59,641 bases of DNA. It comes from Dehalococcoidia bacterium. GTDB lineage: Bacteria; Chloroflexota; Dehalococcoidia; UBA2979. Location: the NCBI GenBank assembly GCA_023228765.1, contig JALOAM010000001.1, positions 1 through 59,641 on the forward strand, written 5' to 3'. Position numbers and translations under genes: made by a program. Shown piece after piece: positions 37,553-44,412 of the stretch. Under the pieces are notes generated by a model. The model worked only from the letters and a program-made list of their open reading frames with translations, made no database searches and was not told the origin of the DNA. Every line of letters begins with the position of its first letter. Position 1 is the first letter of the stretch.

Positions 37553-38263
37553 CTACTGGGTGATGAAGTTGAGGAAGAGCACGCGGTGGACCTCGGGCTC
37601 GTGGATCAGGGCATCCACGGCGGCCTGGATCTCCGCCTTCAGCGCTTCCTTGCCCTCCGCCGTCGCGACCTCGGACGCCGTGTGCACGGTGACCACCGTG
37701 GTGACGGCGTCCTCGATCAGCTGGAGGCCCGTCCCGATCTCGTGCTCGAACTCCGTCATGAGCGCCTGGCGCTCCGCCTCGCACGGGTCGATCACCTCGC
37801 CGCCGCTGGAGCGGTCGAGCACCGGGGCCGGAGCGCCACCCGGCGCCGCGGAGACCACGAGGTCACCCCACCCGCCGAGGAGCGCGCCATGGCTTTCCTC
37901 GGTCGCCTCGGGCGTCGTCTCGCCTTCCGTCGTCGCGGGAGCCTCGGCCGGAGCGGTGCGCCCGACGTTCGTGTGGCCGCAGCCGTGGAGGACGGACTCC
38001 CAGCGCTCGTCGTAGCTCTCGAACTCGATCACGGTCTGGAGCTTCAGGTACTGGCGGTCGGAGCCGGGCTCGGGCAGCAAGTTGAACACGCGGTCGGCCA
38101 GGGTCAGATGCGGCCCCAGCTTGCCGGAGACGTTCACGGGCTGCGTCGGCGGTGCCGCCGCGGCAACCGGCGTCTCACCGCCCATGAGGAACGTGAAGGC
38201 CGCGAACGCCACCACCACGCCCACGACGGCGCCACCAATGCCCAGCAAGATCGGCTTATTCAT
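37553..38263 (-). CDS. fliL: flagellar basal-body-associated protein FliL
   Basis: MNKPILLGIGGAVVGVVVAFAAFTFL TM helix, YLKLQTVIEFE and VHRVLFLNFITQ C-terminus. Start trimmed to 38263. Contains an unusually long insert in the periplasmic domain. Confidence 0.8.
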   Translation of the reverse strand: MNKPILLGIGGAVVGVVVAFAAFTFLMGGETPVAAAAPPTQPVNVSGKLGPHLTLADRVFNLLPEPGSDRQYLKLQTVIEFESYDERWESVLHGCGHTNVGRTAPAEAPATTEGETTPEATEESHGALLGGWGDLVVSAAPGGAPAPVLDRSSGGEVIDPCEAERQALMTEFEHEIGTGLQLIEDAVTTVVTVHTASEVATAEGKEALKAEIQAAVDALIHEPEVHRVLFLNFITQ

Positions 38264-39083
38264 GGTCTGCTCCAGCTCCGCTGGTATTGCCGTCGATTGG
38301 GTTGCGGTCGATTGGGTTGCCCTCGGCCGGAATGCCCTCAAGGGGGCCGGACGTACCGTCGAGAGAAGCGTTGGGGTACAGCAGGACGATGTCCGCGCGC
38401 CGGTTCAGCGCACGCCCCTCCGGGGTGAGGTTGGAGGCGATGGGCCGGTACTCGCCGTAGCCCGCGGCAAACGCGCGCGCCGGGTCCACGTTGAGCTCCT
38501 CGGTGAGGACTCGGAGCACGGCAGTGGCGCGGGCGGACGAGAGCTCCCAGTTCGAGGGGTACTTCTCGGTGGCCAGCGGGATGTTGTCCGTGTGGCCCTC
38601 GACGCGGATCTCGTTCTCGGTCTGGTTCACCGCCGCCGCGACGATGCTGAGCAGCGGGCGCGCCTCCGGCCGGATGTCCGCACTCGCCGAGGGGAACACG
38701 AGGTTGTCCGCGAGGCGGATGACGATCCGGTCTTCGTCGCGCGAGACCAGGATCTGGCCGTCGAGCCCGGCCATCGCCGAACGCTCCTCGATCACCTGCC
38801 GGACACGCTCCAGGTCCATGTCCAGGACGGAGGCGTCGTTGCGCTCCGGGACGATCCCGGTGCCGCCGTCGAAGATTGAACCGTCGGAGGCGCCATCCTT
38901 GACGCCCACGTTGAACGCCTCGGCGAGCCCTCGCGCGAGGGCCTCCATCTTGACCTCGTTCGCGTCCGCGGTGGCGTACAGGATGATGAAGAAGCCCAGG
39001 AGCAGCGTGACCAGGTCGGCGTAGGAGATGACCCAACGCTCGTCCGGGTGTTCCTCGGCGTGGCCCTTGGAGCGGCGGCTCAT
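38256..39083 (-). CDS. motB: flagellar stator protein MotB (OmpA-like peptidoglycan-binding C-terminus)
   Basis: ERWVISYADLVTLLLGFFIILYA plug/TM with the conserved Asp. C-terminal GHTDNIPL...NWELSSARATAV...NRRADIVL. Confidence 0.88.
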   Translation of the reverse strand: MSRRSKGHAEEHPDERWVISYADLVTLLLGFFIILYATADANEVKMEALARGLAEAFNVGVKDGASDGSIFDGGTGIVPERNDASVLDMDLERVRQVIEERSAMAGLDGQILVSRDEDRIVIRLADNLVFPSASADIRPEARPLLSIVAAAVNQTENEIRVEGHTDNIPLATEKYPSNWELSSARATAVLRVLTEELNVDPARAFAAGYGEYRPIASNLTPEGRALNRRADIVLLYPNASLDGTSGPLEGIPAEGNPIDRNPIDGNTSGAGADHE

Positions 39084-39886
39084 GCGGCCGCCCGTCCGGC
39101 GCCGGCGCCCTCGTCCTCGTCGTCGCTGGTGCGCAGCTCGGGCGGCAGGAACGACTGGAGCTTCTCCCGCACGATGCGAGGGTTGTCGCCGGCCTGGATG
39201 GAGAGGATGCCCTCCAGCACCATCTCGCGGACGGCCTGCTCCTCGGCGGCGATGCCCTTCAGCTTCATGGCGATGGGCAGCAGGACCACGTTCGCGAACC
39301 CGACGCCGTAGAACGTGGCGACGAACGCGGTCGCGATGCCGTGGCCGAGATCCTCGACAGCGCCGCCGAGGCCACCGAGCACGGTGATGAGGCCCATGAC
39401 CGCCCCGAGCACCCCGAGCGTCGGGGCGAAGCCGGAGCCGGCCTTGAAGACCTCCGCCTTCTCGGTCTCGCGCTTCGCGGCGCCCTCGATCTCGATCTCG
39501 AGGATCGAGCGGAGCGCCTCCGGGTCCGTGCCGTCGATCATGAGCATGAGCCCCTTCTTCGCGAAGGGATCGCTCATGGACTGCGCGTCCTCCTCCAGCG
39601 ACAGCAGGCCCTCGCGGCGCGCCTTGTCCGCCATGGTCACCAGGTGGGCGGCCATCTCGTGCGGCTCGGCGTTGTCGCCGCCCTTGAGGGAGCGCATGTA
39701 GCCGGCGGGGATGCTCTTGAGCTGGGCAGGCGGGAACGAGATCACGGTGGCGCCCAGCGTGCCCACGATGACGATCAGGAAGCCGGGGATGTTGATCAGC
39801 GACGGGATCGTCCCGCCCTCGACCATGTAGCCGCCAAGGATGCCGATCGCGGCGATGACCAGCCCGGCAATCGTCGTAGCGCCCAC
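39080..39886 (-). CDS. motA: flagellar stator protein MotA
   Basis: 268 aa with 4 TM. The motif APTLGVLGAVMGLI...ATAFVATFYGVGFANVVLLPIA is typical of MotA/TolQ/ExbB. Overlaps motB by 4 nt. Confidence 0.9.
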   Translation of the reverse strand: MGATTIAGLVIAAIGILGGYMVEGGTIPSLINIPGFLIVIVGTLGATVISFPPAQLKSIPAGYMRSLKGGDNAEPHEMAAHLVTMADKARREGLLSLEEDAQSMSDPFAKKGLMLMIDGTDPEALRSILEIEIEGAAKRETEKAEVFKAGSGFAPTLGVLGAVMGLITVLGGLGGAVEDLGHGIATAFVATFYGVGFANVVLLPIAMKLKGIAAEEQAVREMVLEGILSIQAGDNPRIVREKLQSFLPPELRTSDDEDEGAGAGRAAA

Positions 39887-39944
39887 GCCAACCTCCGCTC
39901 GCGGACCGCCCGAGGACCTCGGACGACGCGGGATCCCTCGTCGT

Positions 39945-40163
39945 CTAGTCCTGGACGAGACTCAGCAGCGGGCGGCCGACGCCCCCGTAGACCGCCTTGC
40001 GGTAGTCCATGACGCGCTGCACCACCTCGTCGCGCGTCTCGCGCACGACGAACGAGACCCCGTTGAACAGCACGATGTGCGTGTCCGGGGTGCTCTCCAC
40101 CGACTGGATGAACTCGGCGTTCAGCACGAACTCGCTGCGGTCGAACCGGGTCACGGCGATCAT
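39945..40163 (-). CDS. flbD: flagellar protein FlbD
   Basis: MIAVTRFDRSEFVLNAEFIQSVESTPDTHIVLFNGVSFVVRETRDEVVQRVMDY matches the FlbD family. 72 aa. Lies immediately upstream of motA. Confidence 0.85.
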   Translation of the reverse strand: MIAVTRFDRSEFVLNAEFIQSVESTPDTHIVLFNGVSFVVRETRDEVVQRVMDYRKAVYGGVGRPLLSLVQD

Positions 40164-40310
40164 GTCGTCCCCTAACGCCACCCTTCGCCACCCCCGATCG
40201 AGGCAGCCCGCGGCGTCGAGGCCCATTGTTCGGCTGCGCGTTCGCCGTCCGTATTGGGGAAGCACCCTAGCGATCCGCCAGGCGTCCCCTACCTTGCGGC
40301 TGACGAAGGT

Positions 40311-40373
40311 CGGAGGCGGAGCAGACCCTCACCCCAACCCTCTCCCGCTTCGCGGGCGAAGGGGTCAGAGCCG
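40311..40373 (+). repeat. palindromic intergenic repeat, subtype 2, forward
   Basis: CGGAGGCGGAGCAGACCCTCACCCCAACCCTCTCCCGCTTCGCGGGCGAAGGGGTCAGAGCCG. Confidence 0.8.
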
Positions 40374-40408
40374 GGCACGAATCACGGGCACACGATCCGC
40401 CGTCCGCA

Positions 40409-40457
40409 CTCCAACTCCCCTCTCCCGGTCCGGGAGAGGGCCGGGGCGAGGGCCCTC
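40409..40457 (-). repeat. palindromic intergenic repeat, subtype 1, reverse
   Basis: The reverse complement reads GAGGGCCCTCGCCCCGGCCCTCTCCCGGACCGGGAGAGGGGAGTTGGAG. Tail-to-tail pair with 40311-40373. Confidence 0.8.
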
Positions 40458-40469
40458 GGCGCTCGCGGA

Positions 40470-40892
40470 CTACGAGGGCCGGCGGTCGCGGGGGAGGAGC
40501 GAGGAGAGCATGGAGCGCAGGTCGGAGATCGTGAAGGGCTTCGGGAGGAAGGCGTCCGCGCCCGCCGCCTTGATCTCGTGCTCCTGCAGGTCGTCGCTGT
40601 AGGCGGACATCGCCACCAGCGGGATCAGGTCCCAGCGGCGGTCTTCCCGGATGCGGCGGGCGAGCTCCACGCCGCCCATGCGAGGCATCCGCACGTCCAT
40701 CAGCACCAGGTCCGGGAGCAGTCCATCCTCGAGGCGGGCGAGTGCGTCCTCACCGTCCACGCAGAGGATGGAGTCGAATCCAGCAGCACGAAGGGCGATG
40801 CCGAGCATCGCCCTGACACCTTCCTCGTCTTCCGCGACGAGGACCACCGGAGCCGGTGAAGATTGGTCCGCCACAGGCCGGTATGTTGCCAT
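40470..40892 (-). CDS. single-domain (CheY-like) response regulator receiver protein
   Basis: VVLVAEDEEG...LVLMDVRMPRMGG...VAMSAY...FLPKPF. 140 aa from the ATG at 40892. No output domain. Confidence 0.85.
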   Translation of the reverse strand: MATYRPVADQSSPAPVVLVAEDEEGVRAMLGIALRAAGFDSILCVDGEDALARLEDGLLPDLVLMDVRMPRMGGVELARRIREDRRWDLIPLVAMSAYSDDLQEHEIKAAGADAFLPKPFTISDLRSMLSSLLPRDRRPS

Positions 40893-41048
40893 ACCTATCC
40901 CCGTCCGACGAGTCGCAGAAGTTGAGAAACGGGGAGCCGGAACGCACTTCACCAGAACGTCAGAAAAACAACAGCGCCCTGACGGGCGCTGTTGTACCAG
41001 GGCTGCCATTCATGACAGGAACGGGCGTCGGGGCGTGCTCGGCGCAGG

Positions 41049-41846
41049 CTAGATCGCGGCGCGCGTGTCCGTGTCGGACGCGTCGAGGCCCACGAGGCCG
41101 CGCTTGATCGCGTAGCGGATCAGGTCCGTGCGGTTCTTGGCGTGGAGCTTCGTCATGATGTGGGCGCGGTGCGCCTCCACCGTCTTCACGGAGATCACCA
41201 GCTCGTCCGCGATCGCCTGGTTGGAGAGGCCCTCCGCGATGAGCTGGAGCACCTCCCGCTCGCGCGGGGTCAGCGTCTCGTAGCCCGTCTTGCCCTCCGG
41301 CTGCTTCGCCTGCATCAGCACGTCGTTGACGGAGATCTCCTCCGAGACCGAGGTGGAGAAGTAGGTGTTGCCGCGGCGGACGGACTGGATGGCGAGCAGA
41401 AGCTCCTCCATGTCCGAGTTCTTCACCACGTAGCCGGCGGCGCCGGCGCGCAGCGCCTGCAGCAGCCGTTCGTCCTCCAGGTATGCGGTCAGGATGAGGA
41501 CGCGCGTGCTGGGCGAGCGCTTCACGATCTGCCGCGTCGCCTCGATACCGTTGAGGCCCGGCATCACCATGTCCATCAGCACCACGTCCGGCATCAGCCG
41601 CTCCGCAGAGTCGACGGCGTCACGACCGTTGGTCGCCTCGCCCACCACTTCCAGGCCATCCTGCGCCTCCAGCAGCATCCGCAGCGCCTGCCGGAGGAGC
41701 GCGTGGTCGTCCGCGACCAGGATGCGGATGTGCGAGGAGCCGCGTACCGGCGGCCGCACTCGGGTAATCGGGGCGTTCAGACGGTCGTGCTGATTCACTT
41801 GGCTTCCCCCACCTACCCGCAGGTTACCCGACGAGTAACTGTCCAC
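41049..41846 (-). CDS. NarL/LuxR-family response regulator
   Basis: Receiver (ILVADDHALL...VVLMDMVMPGLNG...ILTAY) plus GerE HTH (LTPREREVLQLIAEGLSNQAIADELVISVKTVEAHRAHIMTKL). GTG at 41846 gives a roughly 40-aa leader; GTG at 41798 is an alternative start. Confidence 0.88.
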   Translation of the reverse strand: MDSYSSGNLRVGGGSQVNQHDRLNAPITRVRPPVRGSSHIRILVADDHALLRQALRMLLEAQDGLEVVGEATNGRDAVDSAERLMPDVVLMDMVMPGLNGIEATRQIVKRSPSTRVLILTAYLEDERLLQALRAGAAGYVVKNSDMEELLLAIQSVRRGNTYFSTSVSEEISVNDVLMQAKQPEGKTGYETLTPREREVLQLIAEGLSNQAIADELVISVKTVEAHRAHIMTKLHAKNRTDLIRYAIKRGLVGLDASDTDTRAAI

Positions 41847-41915
41847 TCATTACGTCTTCCTGTCGCTCAGACAAGTTCTGTCCGAGGCTGGCAGGAAGAC
41901 GCTTCGTGCGTCGCG

Positions 41916-42146
41916 TTATGACAAGTCGGCGTTATTCGGACTCGACTCCGCCCCGGACGGCGCGACGAGGTCGCGGTCGTCCTCGGAGCGGTCGACGCCC
42001 TCCACGCGAGCGGCAAAGACCCGCTCGCCGCCGCACCGCTTACAGCGGGCGGGGATAGCGCCCTCGGACGGATCGCCGAGCACCCAGTGGTGCACGCAAG
42101 CCGGGGCATCCTCGGTCACAACTTCGAGCTCGGTACGCCGACCCAT
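41916..42146 (-). CDS. small putative zinc-ribbon protein (76 aa), unknown function
   Basis: ATG at 42146 lies 8 nt after GAGGA. C-x-HH ... C-x2-C pattern (ACVHHW...ARCKRCGG) and an acidic tail. 70 nt upstream of the NarL-type regulator on the same strand. Confidence 0.45.
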   Translation of the reverse strand: MGRRTELEVVTEDAPACVHHWVLGDPSEGAIPARCKRCGGERVFAARVEGVDRSEDDRDLVAPSGAESSPNNADLS

Positions 42147-42452
42147 ATTCGGAATCCTCACTCCGCCCCGCTATGGGCAGTGAAGATCTGCGCTTCAGGG
42201 TGACACATGTCATCCCCGTTGCATGCATCCTATGGAGCCACTGCGTCAACCCTTATAGGGGGAACCCCTAAGGTTTTGGGCCTCGCCCCCCGATTCGCCC
42301 CTCCGCGGTGGGGCCGGGAGCGGTCCATCCATCAGGGAGTACGCGGACTCGTGCCCACGTACTCCCCGCGGCGCGGGCGGTCGACTCCGTGACGGGCCCG
42401 CGGCGAGTCTCTACGCGCGCGAGCCCCGAGGTCGCCCTCCGGTGGTTGGCCC

Positions 42453-42764
42453 TTAGAGGTTGTCCGGGGTGCCCTCGAAGCTGAACTCGTAGTGGGTCTC
42501 TTCCTCCACGAGGCGTCCGAGGTCGGAGCGCAGCGCCATCGAGTGCTCCGCCTGCGCGGCGTGCTCGGCTGCATCCACGGTCTCCCAGAAGCCGACCCGT
42601 CCCCAGCGACGGTCGTCCGACTCGGCGCCCTCGTACGGGTTGAGGATGTAGCCACCCTGGTAACCGTTCTGCTCCCGGTAGAACGCGGAGAGCTTCTGAA
42701 GCACTTCCTTCAGTCGCGCCTCCTGTCCCTCCTTCGGGTGCATGTAGGAGATCCGGACGAACAT
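42453..42764 (-). CDS. ABM/Dabb-fold (antibiotic-biosynthesis-monooxygenase-like) small protein
   Basis: 103 aa from the ATG at 42764 (AGGAGG RBS). The MFVRISYMHPKEGQEARLKEVL...VGFWETVDAAEHAAQ pattern fits the ferredoxin-like ABM fold. Assignment from recall. Confidence 0.55.
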   Translation of the reverse strand: MFVRISYMHPKEGQEARLKEVLQKLSAFYREQNGYQGGYILNPYEGAESDDRRWGRVGFWETVDAAEHAAQAEHSMALRSDLGRLVEEETHYEFSFEGTPDNL

Positions 42765-42950
42765 GGCAGCCTCCTGGATACGGCGACCGAAATCCTCGAC
42801 GGGTTCGAGAAGGCCGGACACCCTGATCATGCGTTGAGCGCGAGAATAGCCGCGATTTGGATCGAACGTGAAGGTGCTGCATGAGCTGGCGTCGAACGTG
42901 GCGATCCCCGCCGCTGGCGGCCCGCTCCCCTCTGCATGTCCCCGGACACG

Positions 42951-42983
42951 AGAAACGCGCCCCCGGCAGAGCCGGGCGCGCGT
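42951..42983 (-). terminator. intrinsic terminator of the zinc-ribbon gene
   Basis: On the minus strand, ACGCGCGCCCGGC-TCT-GCCGGGGGCGCGT (13-bp stem, 1 mismatch) is followed by TTTCT. It lies 24 nt after the stop codon. Confidence 0.65.
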
Positions 42984-43006
42984 TCATCGCGTTCTGGGAA
43001 CGAGTA

Positions 43007-43219
43007 TTAGAGGCGGAGCTTGCCGTGGGACGGCTGGCGGCGGCGCTGCTTGCCAGCGGCCAGACGCTCTTCCTCCTCGAGGTCCTTCGGGTCACAGCGC
43101 TGAGCCTCGTGGACGTAGCCACAGGCGACGCAGGTCCCGAACTGGCCGTACCAGTCGTCCTCGATAATCATCAGCCCACGACAGCGCGGGCACTTCTTTG
43201 GCGGCGCACTCACGATCAT
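43007..43219 (-). CDS. 70-aa zinc-ribbon protein (CPRC...CVACG) with acidic then basic tail
   Basis: AAGGAG RBS 6 nt before the ATG. Two CxxC knuckles 18 residues apart. C-terminal DPKDLEEEERLAAGKQRRRQPSHGKLRL. Sole gene downstream of the riboswitch. Confidence 0.65.
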   Translation of the reverse strand: MIVSAPPKKCPRCRGLMIIEDDWYGQFGTCVACGYVHEAQRCDPKDLEEEERLAAGKQRRRQPSHGKLRL

Positions 43220-43279
43220 GCCGCACTCCTTCTGGAATCGTCCGCATCCGGCTTCCCGCCGGTCGGGCTGATCCAGTCA

Positions 43280-43412
43280 GCCTCCGAGGTTAGCTGTCGG
43301 GTTCGGGCTGGTTCAGTATGCCCGTCCTTCTCATCCCGTGATGGGAAGGATTCACCCCAAGGTGTTGGGTCCCCCGGTCTCGATCGAGACTGCTCCCTTC
43401 GAGATTAGGCCG
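43280..43412 (-). promoter_or_regulatory. ydaO-yuaA class (c-di-AMP) riboswitch aptamer
   Basis: The minus-strand RNA reads GGCCUAAUC...GGGGGACCCA (43366-43375)...GGGGUGAAUCC (43348-43358)...CCCGAACCCGACAGCUAACCUCGGAGGC (43280-43307). These are the conserved blocks of the class in the correct order, closed by GCCU/AGGC pairing. No covariance-model scan could be run. Confidence 0.8.
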
Positions 43413-43456
43413 GTCACTCATCACAAGTGTGAATACCTCGTGCTTGTGACAACAAG

Positions 43457-43484
43457 AGCATAGGCGGGTAAAGGTGCTTGTCAA
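43457..43484 (-). promoter_or_regulatory. sigma-70-type promoter for the riboswitch-zinc-ribbon unit
   Basis: Minus strand: TTGACA (43479-43484), 16 nt, TATGCT (43457-43462), in a locally AT-richer stretch. The predicted TSS near 43450 gives a 5' UTR of about 230 nt. Confidence 0.5.
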
Positions 43485-43522
43485 CCCTTACGCGCCATGA
43501 TCTCAAGACAACATTTTGAAGA

Positions 43523-44305
43523 TCACACAAGAGTTTCTACATCGCGTTCGGAGCGTTTCGCTATCCAAACCATTTCAGGTGCGCCGTCCTGATACGGCTG
43601 GCCCTGAAACCCTCCCCAGAGCGACTCCACCTCGAACCTGCACCGCTCGAGGAGATGCTGCATCTCGTAGCGGTGGACGTAGCGTAGCCGGAAGGAGGTG
43701 CGCCGCCACTGGCCGTCCTCGTCGCGGACCCGGAGCGAGGTGGTCACCACCTGCTCCGTGGGGCGGTAGTCCTGGTGCGCCTGGTAGCCCTCCCACCCGA
43801 ACGGCTCCCAGTCCTCGGCACGGCGCCCCATCCACTTCGCCATCATCCGCAGGTCCGGGTTGAACACGTTCAGCGCGAGGCGTCCCCCCGGTCCGAGGGC
43901 ATCCCGGCACGCCCGCAACGTGGCGATCTGGTCCTCCGTCGTGAGGTTATGGAGAAACGTGCGGAACGGGATCGTCACCAGCGGCACGGGCGCGTCGAGG
44001 GTGAACGAGCGCATATCCCCGTCGCGGAGCGTGACCAGGTGGCTGACACCGGCAACCTCCGCCTTCTCGCGGGCGACCTCCAGCATCGCGGGCTCGCGGT
44101 CGAAGCCGAGGACAGGGACGCCTGCCTGCGCCGTGGGGACGGCGATGCGGCCCGTGCCGACGCCCAGCTCCACCACCGCGCCTGCCTCCCGCGCCAGCGC
44201 GACGTAGAACTCGACGTCGCCGGGCACGCCGCGCGAGTGCTCGTCGTACGCCCGGGCGTATTCGCGGTAATAAGGATCGTGTCCCTCGGACGGATACGTG
44301 CTCAC
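43523..44305 (-). CDS. class I SAM-dependent methyltransferase
   Basis: Motif I VVELGVGTGRIAVP and post-I/II motifs. GTG at 44305 behind GAGGAG is preferred over the ORF-track start at 44389, which would leave only 23 nt before cobT. Confidence 0.8.
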   Translation of the reverse strand: MSTYPSEGHDPYYREYARAYDEHSRGVPGDVEFYVALAREAGAVVELGVGTGRIAVPTAQAGVPVLGFDREPAMLEVAREKAEVAGVSHLVTLRDGDMRSFTLDAPVPLVTIPFRTFLHNLTTEDQIATLRACRDALGPGGRLALNVFNPDLRMMAKWMGRRAEDWEPFGWEGYQAHQDYRPTEQVVTTSLRVRDEDGQWRRTSFRLRYVHRYEMQHLLERCRFEVESLWGGFQGQPYQDGAPEMVWIAKRSERDVETLV

Positions 44306-44412
44306 GGGCTCCTCGCGACGGGCCGAGGACTGACTGGCGCTCGCAGCCCGAAGGGTGTCGCGCGCATACACTCGGCAGCACCGTCGCACCCCGCATCGTA
44401 GGCTCGGCCCCC

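Noticed and set aside
38289-38318. Tandem 15-bp duplication (C/G)GTCGATTGGGTTGC x2.
   Set aside because: It lies in frame inside the motB 3' end (NPIDR-NPIDG in the disordered C-terminal tail). It is most simply a replication-slippage duplication and not a regulatory repeat, although it sits just upstream of the fliL start.
43290-43484. 64-aa ORF (TTG start) on the minus strand upstream of the zinc-ribbon gene.
   Set aside because: It coincides exactly with the promoter and the ydaO-class riboswitch. Its TTG start is the TTGACA -35 box. RNA-motif conservation explains the sequence better than coding does.
44306-44412. Possible cobalamin riboswitch upstream of cobT-cobS-cobU.
   Set aside because: Only 107 nt are available. 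I see no B12-box (GCCACUG-like) or GGUGAAAUUCC-type core there. The GGGGUGAAUCC block at 43348-43358 belongs to the c-di-AMP motif on the other side of the methyltransferase gene.
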